From Octopus sinensis (taxonomy: Eukaryota), in contig NC_043002.1 in NCBI RefSeq assembly GCF_006345805.1, positions 72,106,001 through 72,170,000 on the forward strand: 64,000 nt of DNA, in the 5' to 3' direction. Shown here piece by piece: positions 36,611 through 50,522 of this stretch (its first letter is position 1; each line of letters starts with the position of its first letter). The notes under the pieces are model-generated. The model saw only the letters and a list, made by a program, of their open reading frames with translations, did not search any database and was not told the origin of the DNA. A program made the position numbers and the translations under genes.

Positions 36611-37635
36611 TACTGATTTTAATTCTGGGCTGTCTTTCTAGGGCCATCCCCTCCGTATATTAGGATGTTTGCTACTGTCATCGATGCTTTTGCAACTTTG
36701 CATTTTTCTAGGTAGGAGTATCGGTCCTATGCAAACCCATTTTTACATCTAGGAAGAGGTGATCAATATTAATCTGGCCTCTATCTTCTGACTTGTCCAG
36801 TGTGAGAATTCTTAACCACGAACTTGGGCTCCACGAACACAGCTGTCAGGGTTATTGAGGCATAAAAGCTACCACACTGCAACAAGGACTGAATTTCGTA
36901 GTCGTGTAGCTACAGTCCAGTAACTGAAGCAACTAAAAGATAAAAGATTATATACGTGTGTATATATATATATACAGAGAGAGAGAGAATCGTTTTCCCC
37001 TCCCTACATAGTTGTAAAAGTAAAACTTGTGAACTGGTTCTATCTTAAATGACTCTGATAACTTAGTAGATTGGAGTGACCACAAATCATTCCATTACCA
37101 CTTACCAGTAATCAATAAAAATTCCCTTTATACATATCACGGACAAACATAGCCCCGACTTCCTCTATTACTGGAAGGGGGGATAATTGGGTCACTGGAG
37201 GTCGCTTATTCATTCCCCTCGTAAAAATACACTACTAAACTCGAAAAAATTCCTTTTGGTAAATTCATTCTTTCAATTGAAATAGCAGCAGAATGTTCAG
37301 AATGTTGGAAATGTTGGCTCCGGGATTTTTTTTTTCTTTCAACTATGTTAAATTATTTGGAATGTCCTTCATTGTCAAGTATCCATCTGAAGAAAACGGT
37401 TTCTTTGGAATTGATATAGCGTACTCAACAATCAAATAAAGGAGTCGTTAGAAACGACTGTAATGGATCGACACCTTTCCTTCATTTGTTATGTATACAT
37501 ATATATATATATTATATATATATATATTAATCTATATTTCAACGAGTGGTCAAAATAAGAAATTATTTATGACCACTACACTCTCATCAAAGCCAAAATC
37601 TTATTCTCAGCTCTTTAGTATCTTATCTGTTTATC

Positions 37636-37724
37636 TCGACGAGCAGACAAAAATTTGTCTTGGCTAGCAAAAGCCCGCTCCAGCGACGATCCACAGTGCT
37701 CAAGGCAACTTAAGGTCTATTATT
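37636..37724 (+). repeat. 89-bp structured dispersed repeat (second copy 41694-41782)
   Basis: TCGACGAGCAGACAAAAATTTGTCTTGGCTAGCAAAAGCC...CAAGGCAACTTAAGGTCTATTATT at both sites. Confidence 0.85.
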
Positions 37725-37954
37725 GTTATGAGCAAGCCAAAGTGTCTTATTAAGTACTATTGGGTTGATAGATGAGTAAACAATTAGAAATGTCTAACTG
37801 GATAAACTTAGTGCTTCTCTTATTAACTCTTCACATAATATCAACCTGTTAAATATTGATACATTTACTAATACTAACATTAATTTAGCTAATACCATCC
37901 ATCCCTCTAGAAATATTAATAACAAGTTTATTGTATATGAAGTCAATGTTTTCA

Positions 37955-37967
37955 TTACTACTACTAC

Positions 37968-38001
<34 letters not shown>

Positions 38002-38012
38002 GCAATTACTAT

Positions 38013-38074
<62 letters not shown>

Positions 38075-38098
38075 CTACTACTACAATTATTATTATTA
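37955..38098. repeat. (TAT)n/(TAC)n trinucleotide tract
   Basis: Direct inspection. Confidence 0.95.
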
Positions 38099-38339
38099 AA
38101 TAGGGGAACACAACAGTAGCTCCTTGTGTGTGTGTGTGTGTGGTTTTGTAGTACAACACCCAGAAAGAAACTAGGACTATATTCATAGAAATCTGTTACC
38201 AAACAAAAGAAAAAAGGTAGAGCTAGGTTTACCCAATTACAGTGGACTTTTACCTATCTACATCGAGGGAGCTCCTTTTTAAGGCTCCTGACTTCGCTAG
38301 GGCCTACACTAAAGTCAATCACAAGGACTTATGCATCAG

Positions 38340-38435
38340 GTGTAGGAGTGGGGGTGTGGTATGTAGCTTGCTTACCAATCATATGGCTCTGGGTTCAGTC
38401 CCATTGCGTGGCATCTTGGGAAAATGTCTCCTAAA
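38340..38435 (+). mobile_element. SINE family A head fragment
   Basis: GGTGTAGGAGTGGGGGTGTGGTATGTAGCTTGCTTACCAATC. Confidence 0.7.
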
Positions 38436-38765
38436 AATACTGAAGGTTCAGTAAAATTGTATTATATACATATTAGAGGGAAGCCACTATGTGGACACCC
38501 TTATGCCAGAAATAGATCCACTATGGTCTTACCACTAAGAAATGTTCTCAAGAAAAATTTAGCAAAACAACCAAAACGTAATCAAGCAAGACAAAAGAAA
38601 AAGCAATAAAAATATGGATTATTCGCATACATGTTTCACTATTAACATATTACGTAATTTTACTTACGTAAATGTCTGTTATATATTTTGAGTATTGTTA
38701 TCACTAGCGATATCAATATATAACATTGTATTTTGTATTTTATGTGTAAATGTATATATATATAT

Positions 38766-39303
38766 GGGTCCTCATCTGCTCATCACTCCATATACACCTA
38801 AAACGACGATTGGGCATTGCTGTTGCCACACATGGAACAGCTGGCATAAAGAACATGGAACAGCTGGCATAAAGAAAGCATTTACATAAAAAAAAAAGAA
38901 AGAATAAGAGTAATGGAAACAGCTGTATCTTTTCAACTTCCATACCTCCTCAACAGGTCGATGAAGAGTTAAAATCTTTAGAGTTAAGATCTTTAGCATG
39001 TTTACATAAGCATTTTATAACCCATCATGTATATAAATATATGGAGTAAGAGAGAATGTGTTACGTGAACTGTGTCGTCGATCGACTTATGAGAAATAAC
39101 GAAGAAGTTGCTTTCATATCATACACGTAAAGCTACTCTAAATAAATGCATTTATAAAACTGAGAATGAGTTTACTTTTGAAAGCATGTTCACAAACGAA
39201 ATTTTAGTTTAATCCGCATCAGGCCAAACTGTTCCATGTGTGGCAACAGCAATGCCCAATCGTCGTTTTAGGTGTATATGTAGTGATGAGCAGATGAGGA
39301 CCC
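38766..39303. repeat. 75-bp inverted repeat with 388-bp spacer
   Basis: 38766-38840 versus 39229-39303, one mismatch; adjacent 23-bp tandem duplication at 38830-38875. Confidence 0.9.
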
Positions 39304-40369
39304 ACTTTCCACCCTTTCACGCTTGACCCAATAAAACATCGAGGATGTAACAGATGAAAGGAGGGAGAAAGGGAGCTGCGCCAGCAGTCCATCGATATTC
39401 ATTGTCAGTGGAAAGGACTGGAGAAATGTGATCTAAAGTGACTTATTAAAGGTAAACAACGCACAACCCGGTCTAATTAACGAATCCACGATCTTATGAC
39501 GATAAGCACAATGCACTATCCTCTGGACGACGCGCCTGGTGACTAGGGTGTTCGGATCAAAATCACACACTGCCATCTTTAAAAGAAAGAAAACACTTTG
39601 AATCATGCAGTCCTGGTCATTGTTGAAATGCTTTTGGTCATAGATCTGCTTGATCAGCACTGACCTTGAGCTAAGCCACAACAATAACAGCAATAAAAAT
39701 TATAAAATATAAAAATATAAAAATATAAAACCATACTCAACCTGATATTTTCCGTGACAAAAATGACAATAGAGAGTTAATTATCAGCACAGTAACATAG
39801 AATGATTATTATGTTGTGTTGAAGTGAGTTGGAAATACTTCATAATTACATCGGTGAATTAGTTGAAGCTGCAGAATTAAAAACATTACGATAGTTAAGG
39901 AATGTGTGTGCATCATCTAATTTGTAATTGATTCAACTAGAATGACACATGACCAATATTAGGCTCAGAAATACTATGTTTGTTATCGAAAAGTAGAGTC
40001 ATTTACAACTAGAAAATTTTATGAACTGTCTGCTGTATATTTATAATAATATTTGGAAAAGAATAAGAGGAAACTAATACGATTAAGCTCATACTATGAA
40101 CAATACTAGCAAAACTGTTGTTTGTTTTCAAGGAAACCAACAACTATAAAACCGTCTTGGATAATAGATAGATATGAGGAAGATGGGGAAACGATATGAA
40201 TTATTAAAATTCAGCGAAATGTTATCTTAAGTCGATACCAATAAAAAGGCGTTCATAGACAATAGCTGACAAGTTACTGCAAATTGAGTAAAGTACATAG
40301 CACTGTTTGAAAAGTACATAATGCAAAGATGAGAGCGAAATATTGCTTTCAAATTTTGGCACAAGGCCA

Positions 40370-40555
40370 GCAATTTCGGGAGCGGGGGTAAGTCCATTGC
40401 ATCAAACTCGGTGTTCAACAGGTACTTATTTTGTCCATCCTGAAAGGTTGAAAGGAAAAGTCGACTCGGCGGAATTTGAACTCAGAACGTAAAGATGAAC
40501 GTAATATTACCAAACGTCTTGCCCTACGCGGTAGCGTTTCTACCAGTTCCCACCA
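40370..40555 (-). mobile_element. SINE family D (older tail)
   Basis: GTCGACTCGGCGGAATTTGAACTCAGAACGTAAAG. Confidence 0.7.
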
Positions 40556-40812
40556 TAGATCAGAATGAAATATTTAAGTTCGCGTGAGTATCATAAAAAA
40601 CTTTTTCTTATCGTAAATACTGGTTTTAGACAGCCATATGTATTTATAGCATCTTTGCTACAATATTGTGTCTAAAATGATATCGGTCTGAAAGAACATC
40701 CGTTCTCAATTTTTTTAACGTTTAGTCATGAGCAAAGTGCAAAGTCCATGAGTTTTGTTCTTCTTTTTTTCAGTGTCTACGAGACTTGTAGAAAGAAGAG
40801 AGAAATCTGTCT

Positions 40813-41129
40813 TCAAGCCACAGAACTGGTACGAATGTTTACAATAGAGTGTGCTTCATGAAAGGCATCCAAGGAGTATGGTGGAGTCCAAAGATTAAAC
40901 CCTCCACGCAAGACGCTAAGAATCTGTGCAACAAATAGCGCTTGGCATCGCATTTGGCACTCTGAAAATTCTTCCAATCTTTCTTTTGAACGGTCATCCA
41001 TTTTATCGACCACAGAAGGATGTAAGGCAATGCTGACTTTGGCAAGATCTGAAATAGGACCACAGAATTCCGGAAAAAATACCACGGGGTATTCTGTTCT
41101 TCGTTTTTGATAAGATAAAAATATTTCCA
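40813..41129 (-). CDS. Possible terminal coding exon, product unknown
   Basis: Acceptor-like TTTCCAG, then ~105 open codons of normal composition (EYPVVFFPEFCGPISDLAK...GGFNLWTPPYSL) to TGA. No family recognised, and an ORF of this length can occur by chance. Confidence 0.3.
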
Positions 41130-41239
41130 CTGGAAATTACCAAATAATGAAATAAGAAAACTGTAAGTGACTATATAATATATGAATCAACGATTTGTGT
41201 TCTTTCTAGCCGCCGAGTCTTCGACTACGTGAAATATAC

Positions 41240-41580
41240 GTACAAGCATGATAAAATTGGAGCGCACGTACTCTGGAATCTATGTCAGTATTATAAAATA
41301 CTCACAGAAATGTGATGTTTTAAGCATATAACAGACATTATTTTAGAGAACGATAAAGCAACCATACTCTGAGACAGACTAAGAAAGAAATTGGATGGAA
41401 AATCATTCAGATAATATTGTTGAAGACGATTGGGAAAAGAAATGATTCCTGAACGTTGTTTCAATTTCACCCAGAGTTAAGATATCAAATAACGGAAATG
41501 GAAAACAAAATAAATATAAAATCTGGAGACAGGGATAACTATAGTACGGAACTTAAAGCTGAGAAAATCGTTATAATAAC
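41240..41580 (+). mobile_element. Ancient R4/Dong LINE endonuclease-region relic
   Basis: KHDKIGAHVLWNLCQYYKI...ENDKATIL aligns with RHDRVGTYIHWKL...ENEKATILW of the 61 kb copy. Confidence 0.65.
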
Positions 41581-42354
41581 AGAATACATTTTCTCGTTTA
41601 TCACTGATATAATCATTACTGATGTGAGTAATACGGTATGTTCATTTGTAAACCGTGTTACACTTATCCCAAATTGATCTGTAATAACACAGATCGACGA
41701 GCAGACAAAAATTTGTCTTGGCTAGCAAAAGCCGGCTCCAACGACGATCCACAGTGTTCAAGGCAACTTAAGGTCTATTATTCAGTTATTACCGATTCAT
41801 TTAACACGGTAGTTTTTTTTAAAACAAAAACTCGTGATAAACAAAAATAGATATATTTTTTTTTAATTATTTCTGCATAATAATCATTATTGAATAAGAT
41901 TAAAAAATAGTGAATTGGCACAGTCGCTAGAGTATTAGATAGAACACCGCATATGTTCTGACTCTCTGCGCTCTGTGTTCAAGCCCTGTCGAGATCAACT
42001 TTGCCTTTAATCCTGTATGAGTCGAAAAAAATCAGTCCGAGGTGGTGAATTCATGGAACAGTTCGCGGATCAGGTAATATGCCTTACAGTATTTCTTTTG
42101 ACTCATTTTTTTTCAGAGAACAACACTTACGACGACAGCTTTGCTATCTTAGAGACATCGGCCTAAGTCGACGCTGCGAAGTATGCACAGATAAACAGTT
42201 AGGCATCCTCCTAAAAAGAGAATTTCCTTCTCAACTTCATCAGTTCTGTGGCCAATCCCACTGCGTGGTTTCTTGAGCATGTATCTTCTACAATAGCCTC
42301 GGCCCGACCAAAGCCCTATGAGTGGATTTGGTTGACGGAAGCTGAAAAAAGCCC

Positions 42355-42548
42355 ATTTGACTGCGGCCATGCTGGAGCACCGCCTTTAATCGAGCAACTC
42401 AACCCCGGGACTTATTCTTTTGTAAGCCTAGTACTTATTCTATCGGTCTCTTTTGCCGAACCGCTAAGTAACGGGGACATAAACACACCAGCATCAGTTG
42501 TCAAGCAATGTTAGGGGGACAAACACAGACACACAAACACACACACGC

Positions 42549-42585
<37 letters not shown>

Positions 42586-42787
42586 ATATATATTATATAT
42601 ATATATATACATATACATATATACGACGGGCTTCTTTCAGTTTCCGTCTACCAAATCCACTCACAAGGCCTTTGGTCAGCCCGAAGCTTTAGTAGAAGAC
42701 ACTTGCCCAAGATGCCACGCAGTGGGACTGAACCCGGAACCATGTGGTTGGTAAACAAGCTACTTACCACACAGCCACTCCTGCGCC
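42355..42787 (-). mobile_element. Full-length SINE family A
   Basis: 5' end GGCGCAGGAGTGGCTGTGTGGTAAGTAGC at 42787; internal (TA)n. Confidence 0.88.
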
Positions 42788-42812
42788 TTTGCTATCTTAG
42801 AGACATCGGCCT

Positions 42813-42973
<161 letters not shown>

Positions 42974-43368
42974 TTTTATTCCTTAGACGGTTATTCCAAC
43001 TGATAACTCTACTAGTATATATATATAAGGTAAGTTGAGTTAGCGGTTGGAATAACCATCTAAGGGATAAGAGTATCCGTTTTACTGCCGGTATTAATTA
43101 CCTATGTTATCTCTGGGCATACATATGCAAGCATGTTATGCTCATAGATTACAGTTAATGACAAAGATAAACAAGAGTTTATTATGATACAAAGAAGAAC
43201 TCTTGATCAACAACAAATTGACTACAACAAATAATAATCGATGACCGTCGATTTGTTGTTGATCAAGATTTCTCCGTTTTCTGCTTAATTTATATATACA
43301 TGTGTGTGTGTCTGTGTGTGTGAATGTGTGTGTGTGTATGCATATATACACACAAACACACACACATG

Positions 43369-43405
<37 letters not shown>

Positions 43406-43689
43406 GCGTCTTTGTCTTTGTAACCCTACTGTCGATGTTGGTTTACTTACGTCCCTGTAAATTAGCGGTTCGGCAAAAAGCGATGAAGAACAAACACCGG
43501 GATCGATTTTTTCCGACTAAACCCTTCGAGGCTGTGCCTCATCATGGACGCAGTCCAATAGCTGAAGCAAGTAAATGAGAAAAGATAAACTTACACAGAG
43601 AGGAGCAGACTCATGGTCAACGTTGACCAACAGAGTCCTAAGTAATCGTTTCACTACCTAAAACCTTATTGATTATAGTATTAACAGTG

Positions 43690-43975
43690 GAAGTACACGA
43701 TCTAGTGGTTAGAGCAGCGGACTCGCGGTTGAGAGACCGCGGGTTCGAATCTCAGACCAAGCAATGTGTGTATTTATGAGCGAAACACCTAAGCTCCACG
43801 AGTCTCCAACAGAAGGTAATGGCGAACTTTTACTGACTCTTTCATCACAACTTTCTCTCATTCTTTCCTCCTGCATCTAGTAGCTCACCTGCGACGGAAC
43901 TTGGGAACTTATACGCCAATGAAACTGAGAAACCGGCCCTTATGAGTCAAGTATGGCTCGAGAAGGAAAAAACAA
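43690..43975 (+). mobile_element. SINE family C variant
   Basis: AGTGGTTAGAGCAGCGGACTCGCGG...GGGTTCGAATCTCAGACC...GAGCGAAACACCTAAGCTCCACGAG. Confidence 0.75.
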
Positions 43976-44510
43976 CAAAACCAACATTGTATTAACACCC
44001 TTATAGATAACCCTTTCCAAATCTAGAGACCAAAACTTCCCATCACTCGACTGTACGGTATTTGGTGACGCGAAACTCAGTAACAGTCTGTGAAGTCTTT
44101 TCAGCTTCAACAAAGAGAAATTTTACTCTACCTTTGGTATTCGAGTATCATTTACTCCAAATTGTTTTGCAACAATGTGCTCGCATGCACGCAAGCATAG
44201 GCAGATAGATAACTTTCTTTTATTAGCCACACAGGGCTGAATACAGAGGGGACAAATACAAATGTAGAGCTTTTCTTTTCGAGGGTGGAAAAAAAGAAAA
44301 TAAATGTAAGATTGCGATCAAAAGGGATCGAGAGTAGGAAAAAAAAAAGAGAGAAATCGTGTACCACAGAAACATTGATAAAAACATTGATAAAACAAGA
44401 TTGGGTTCATCCGTGAGAAGAAAAGCCTACAGAAAAGACCACGGGAACCTCAGCCAGGGAGGAAATAACCACATGAGAGCAAAATGCTCTCTCTCTTTCT
44501 TTTTTACGAT

Positions 44511-47500
44511 TTACAGTGTCATGCTCAAAATGGTTTCGTCACTCGCACGCACCATCTTTGCAACATTCACCCATCTTTTTTTTAATCTTTCGCGAGACAA
44601 AACTTCCCTCTCCATTCTCACCTTCCTTTTCAAGTGGTACTTGAAAAAGTTGATGCGCGATTGACCAGAGAGGTAAGTGTTTGTCTCTAATCCTTTCGCT
44701 CGGGTCTACCACACACATTCTTTCACCATGGCCACCAGTACGATGAAAACTGCCTTGCCTTCCCGGTTGAGGGAAGGGGGCGGAGCAATTCTCAGGATAG
44801 ACTCGGCCGATAGGCGGACTCGTCCCACACGTGACAGCAGCCGTTCGGCACAAGCCCACAGGTCTGAAATAGTTGGACATTGCACGAGTGTGTACAGAAC
44901 GGTTTCGTCGCTCTGATCGCATCTCGGGCAAGTCGGTCCAGTGTGTCTGGAACCGTGTCTGTAGAGCTTATCCCGAACAGGTAATGCTTCTCGATAGCAC
45001 TGCCAGGCCAGGGATCTTTGGTCATTGTTCATAGGTCCCGGCCCGAAAGTTGTCCTGAACAGGCGGGTCAGGTGTTCCTCGTCGACACCCAGACTCTGCC
45101 CGAGTTCGTCGTCATACCTCCCCTCCACTAATCCTCTATAGAATGCCTTTGTTGTGATGGAGTCGCACAAGTTCGATCCCGGACGGCAGAGTTGCTTGAG
45201 AGCAACGCGACACTCGCGGTGCCATTCGCCTAGCCTCGGTCTCTGCTTGATCCATGACTGTAGTTCGTCCAAGGAGACGAGCTGCGGGAAAGCGCGCCGC
45301 ACAAAAGGCGACCACACCTGTTCACCGTCGTCTATGAAGCGCCGGAGATGTCGCAGTCTCAGTGCATGTCTGCGCATCATCAACCACGGCATGCCCAGCC
45401 CTCCATTTAGCAGGTGTTGACAGCAAATGGATTGCATAACCATCGGAACGTTTCCCTTCCACAGGAAGCGGAAGAGTATACGTTCCAGTTTGGTGATGGT
45501 AGGGTCGGGACAAGGCACGACGGTCAGACAATACTCGATGACGGATGCGATGTACGCGTTCGCCACCTCCGCCCGACCTTTTAGGGATAGCTTTCTCTCA
45601 GCCCATTTCTGGGTGAGAGTAGCTACCCTAGTCGTTACCTCGCCCCAGTTTTTCTCCATTTGGAGGTCCGGACCGAACCAGACCCCGAGCAATTTAACCG
45701 GTCCGTCCTTCCAGCGTCCCACGATGGAGACGCTGTTGGACGGCATGGGCCTGCCACTCCAGGTGCCGAGCCGCAAGCCCACTGACTTTTCCCGGTTAAT
45801 TTTTGCTCCCGTTACCGCTTCGTATTCTTTTAGTGTCTCGCCGACCAGCTCGATATGCTGGTAGCTCGACACTATGGCGGTGACGTCATCCGCGTATGCA
45901 GACACACTCCTCTCGTATCCCAGCTCTCGTGGGATGCCCCTCGGCGTTGCCAGTTTCCGCAGTAGTGTCTCAAGAGTCAATACATACAGCAGCGATGAGA
46001 GGGGGCATCCCTGACGAACCGAACGCATTATGTTAAAAGGTCTGGATAGATGACCATTTACGCGAAATACTGAGCGGATGCCGCTGTATAAGGCAGCGAT
46101 CCAACCGCGGAAAACTGGACCGAAACCAGCCGCTTTAAGGACAGCCTCCAAGTAGTGATGGTCTACCCTATCGAAAGCTTTTGATTGATCCAAATTGATC
46201 AGCGCCCCACCCATGCCAGGATTCTTGACTACCCTGTCTATGATGTAGCGCATCAGATGGAGGTTGTCATGAATACTTCTACCCGGCACGGCGCATGTTT
46301 GCGCCTTGTCGATTAGTTTCTTGATGACAAGCGCCAACCTCTCGGCTAACACCTTGGCCAAAATTTTCAAATCTGCGTTGAGCAGAGTGAAGGGCCTGAA
46401 ATTATATATGACGTCCCCCTTGTTTGGGTCTTTCTTAATCAGTGCCACTGCTCCTCGCTTTACAAAAGCAGGAATACTCCCGTTTTGCTGCCAGTTGCAG
46501 TAGACAGCTGCCAAGACGCCTCCAAACAAGTCTGGCATATGACAATAAAGTTTGTAGGGCAGACCATCCAAGTCTGGTGACTTGTCTCTCGCGCAGCCCT
46601 CCATCGCATCCTGTACGTCCGCAGCTGTGATAGGCCTTTCGCAAGACTCAACCTCTCTTGCTGAGAGTCGTGGCAAGGCATGCAGGTAGGCACTAAAGTC
46701 TACTCTGCGTTCTGACCCACCATTTGTCCCAAACAGTTGGGTGAAGTGTTGTTGAAAAGCCCCACACATCCTTTTAGGCTCGAGCAATTCGCGCCCCTGT
46801 TCATCTGTAAGAGACTTGATGGTGGCTCTGTTACCTCGTTGCGTCTCCACCACTCGGACCTCTTGGGCGGCTCCAACTCCTTCGTTCCTCAGAGCACGCA
46901 TCCTAGCTCTGACAACGCATCCCTCGTGTTTGGCGTTTAGGTGTTGGTCGAGGGCCAATCTCGCCGCCAGCACGTTGGACGCGATGCCAGTTCTAAGTGC
47001 CTCTTCTAAAACCTTAACTAATTCTCCCTCTATTCTATTTCGGTCTCATGCTAGGACTTTACTGTATCTGACTGATTCTGCTTTAATTGCTTTTTTTAGG
47101 GCATACTACCATCTGTTGTTGATGATGGTACACGTCAAAGCTCTCTTAACTAATGTGCTGATCCGGTCCCTGTAAACCTGTCGTACTGTAAAAGACGCGT
47201 TCAGTTTCCAGTAACCAGGACCCTGCTTATGTGTCTTATCTAAGTCAAGTGTACAAGTCACAAACTTGTGATCTGTGTAACTGACTATATGAAATTGTGG
47301 ACAACCTACACTAGTTTTATCTATTGTCCTACAGAATACTCTATCTAAGTATGATCTGGACGACCCGTTGCGGTTACTCCATGTCCACATTGGCACATTC
47401 GGGTGGTCCAGTCGGTACCTGTCAGACAGTTGGAAACGTCTGAGCAGGTCTTTGAGGCATTTGCATCCCCTTCTATTGCTATCTCTGCCCACGTAGTCTA

Positions 47501-47934
47501 GATGCGTGTCCAGGGTGGCATTCCAATCCCCCACTAAAAGTAAAGGACGAGACGTTCCCATGAAAGACACTAGACGTCGAAAGAAATCTGGTCGGCCTGT
47601 TAAGGACGGTGCATAAACTGTTATCAGTCGAAAAGCACACTCATTGCTGCCATCGACATCCAAAACGACCAGCCTACCCTCCGGGTCTAGGAAAGTTGCT
47701 CTTACTTTGAAATCCAGACTCTTCCGGAGAAGCACCGCCCATTCTCGGTAGACACGGAGAAAAATAAATGTTGAAATGTGTACCGAACATGTGCTGGAGT
47801 GCCCGCGAGCTGTGGAGTCTGGTCTCACTGATGGCTATGATATGCAGATTTAGTGACTTGATATCATTTAACAGGTATCCTTGTTTCCAAGGCGACCCCA
47901 AGCCACATACATTTATACTGCCTATTCTGAGCAT
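44511..47934 (-). pseudogene. Tx1 ORF2 (APE endonuclease, RT, zinc motif), few lesions
   Basis: MLRIGSINVCGL...ISETRLH; LVGDWNATL; SYLDRVF; SYTDHKFV; RQGCPLS; SAYADDV; CPRCDQSDETV. Two frameshifts and a TAG at ~44706. Confidence 0.93.
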
Positions 47935-48002
47935 GTTCCTATAAAAAATTGCGTTTTACACACGAAAAGAAAGTGCAAAAAAGGAAAGAGAGAGAGAAAA
48001 GG

Positions 48003-50215
48003 TTACTTGTCCGAAAGTTCTTTGTTTTTCACCTCACAGTTTCTCCCATGAGGTTTTTATACAGTTTCTTTGATGAATATTTTTGAAATCTCCCTACTGC
48101 ATCAGAGTAGAGAGATTTCAGGGTGATGTGTGTGTTCTGTGTTACGTGTATTATTTTAATGTGTTTTGGTGGTGTTGTGCGTGGGTGGTTATTTGTTTTT
48201 ATGTCGTTTTCAGTTATGTTGGTGTTTGACCTAATGTATTCCATTAGGTCGTGGTTGTTTGTGTTTATGGCTGTCAACATTGTTGCGGGGTTTGATGATG
48301 GTGTGTTTGTGTTGATGTGTTCGTTTTCTGTAGATATTTTTGTTTCGGGAGTGGTGAATCTTCTTGCTTTGTTTGTTATCTTTTCTATTCTTTTTTTCCC
48401 CTTTTTCTCCCTTCCCCCTGTGGCTATTTGCCAATCTTCTGTGTCTTCTTCGTCTAATGACAAGTCAGAGTAATCAGAGAGTGGGAAGGGAAAAGTATTG
48501 GGGTCTATTTTAGACTGTTTTGATTTTGTTGTTAGTGTTGGTTGGTGAGCGTTAGGTTATGGTGTATGGGGATTTGGAGGTGGGGTGTGGGTATTTTGTG
48601 TTTGAGTGATTGTAGGTATTGTTGTGTTGTTTGGGGTGTCAGTTTTGTGGGGATTTGGTGTGGTAATTGTTTCTTCATTTTCGATGCTTGTCTTTTTGGT
48701 AGATGTTCTTGGTTTGGGAGTTGGTTTATTCTTGGTTGTTGTTGGTGGTGTTGTTTCTGTTCTTGGTGCAGTTGGTGGTGTTGTTTGGTTGGGTAGGTTT
48801 GTTTTTTGTTGATTTTCTGTGATTAGTTCTGTTCGTGCAAACTGTGGTGTGGGTAGTAAAGCTGGCTTTTTTGTTTTTTCCGGCTGCTGTTGTTGTTGCT
48901 GTTGTTTTCTTGCGGCAGATTTGCAATCTTTTTTTAGATGTTGCTCACTGCCGCATATGTAGCAACGTGGTCTTCTGCCATCGACGACCACATACAACTT
49001 GTGGTCTTCTGATACACATCTGGGTGGGTATTTTCTTGATATCATCTTGGTTGATGTGTAGTAGAAATTCTACTCTTTTTCCCACCCAGTTTTTGTGTTC
49101 CGTGACCGTAGTTTGTAAAATTGTGAAATCTTCCATTTTCACACATATGGCCGTTACTAGCCATAGATTGTTCGCTATTTTTGGAACATTGTTTAAAGTG
49201 ATCTTAGTCACTTTCTGTCCACGATAGCTTGGTATTAATGTGAGTTCATCTGAATGAAGAGTTAGCGTTGAGAAACGTTTTGCTAACTCTTCAGTGTGGA
49301 AAACCACTTGTATATGCGCGAACTTGTTCCACCAGGTCACGTACTCTTTGAAGTTTCAGATGGGTTTCAAGCATTTTTCGATTTTGCTTGTGTTAGCCTT
49401 CTCTGGACTTTTTGTTTTCTTATTAATTATTTTATATATAATAGTTCTTTTTTTTCATTTTCTAATATTTCTTGTAGTATGTTTACTTTTACCATGTCAT
49501 CTACTGTCGTTATTAAAACTTTGGTATCTTTTATCTGTTGTGCAGTAAAAGATACTGTTGTCTTTTTTTCTTTTATCGCCTCGGCGAAATTTGTTGCTGT
49601 TTTGTTATTGTTGTTGCTGGTGGTGATGTTGTTGTTGGCTGCAGTTGGTAAAATTGGTGTATTTGGTGTCTGATGTTTGATTGTGCAAGTAGGAAGGGGT
49701 GGAAAATTACTTGCATAATTTGTTCCTGGGTTTGAGCAGCTTTCGTCAATTTGTTTGGTGGTCACAGTCTTTTGTTTATCTCCTTCAGTTCTTGGTGTTG
49801 GAGGAAACAAGGTCTGAACGGAATTGTTGTTGTTGTTATTGTTGTTTTTGTTGGTGGTGTTGGCGGTGGTGTCAGTGGCAGAAGAGACAGCCGTGGCAGC
49901 AGATATCGAAATGGTGGCGCAAATGTTGTTATTCTTGTTGTCATTGTTATTGTTGTTGTTGTTAGTAGTTGAGGTAGTGGATGAGGTGGCGGTGCTGGTG
50001 GTGGTGGTGGTGGTGGTGGTGGTGGAGGCGGTGATGGTAGCAGTAGTAGTCTCGTTGTTGTTGTTGTTAGTGGTGGTGGTGGTGACAAGGCTGTTACCGC
50101 AAGTGGTTGCAGCGTTCACCACCACGTCACTCAGGTTTGTCTTTGTCGAATGTGTGTGCGTGCATAAGTTCTTTTTTTCTCTTAGCGTTTCAACGCTAGG
50201 AAAATGCTGGTCCAT
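48003..50215 (-). pseudogene. Tx1 ORF1
   Basis: MDQHFPSVETL..., Thr/Asn-rich tract, WWNKFAHIQVVFHTEELAK, CCHC knuckle; frameshifts in A-rich runs. Confidence 0.82.
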
Positions 50216-50455
50216 AAAGGAATTCGACCAGCGTTCTACAATAACATTTCTCGACATTTGTTTAATGTCGAGAAGAAAAATACGCAAATTAAATAGGGTT
50301 GAAACTGCCCCTAGAGGCGAATTCCTCCCTTGGAAAAGCACTCAAACGAAAGTTGGGTGCCTTACACACCTTATTTACAAAAATGTACACAAAATATGGG
50401 CTATAAATAGTCAAAATAAACGATTACCTTCGGAGCCGAAGTGACAGAACGTCCG

Positions 50456-50520
<65 letters not shown>
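50456..50520. repeat. (TAGA)n between Tx1 copies 2 and 3
   Basis: Direct inspection. Confidence 0.97.

Positions 50521-50522
<2 letters not shown>

Larger units (their letters stand above)
44211..50455 (-). mobile_element. Full-length Tx1-clade LINE, copy 2
   Basis: ORF1 with CYICGSEQHLKKDC; ORF2 with APE and a 755-aa open RT segment; 3' end CAGCCCTGTGTGGCTAATAAAAGAAAG followed by ATCTATCT. Confidence 0.95.

Noticed and set aside
49427-50444. Long overlapping antisense ORFs over Tx1 ORF1 (also 13421-13979)
   Set aside because: A by-product of ACC/AAC-rich low-complexity codons.
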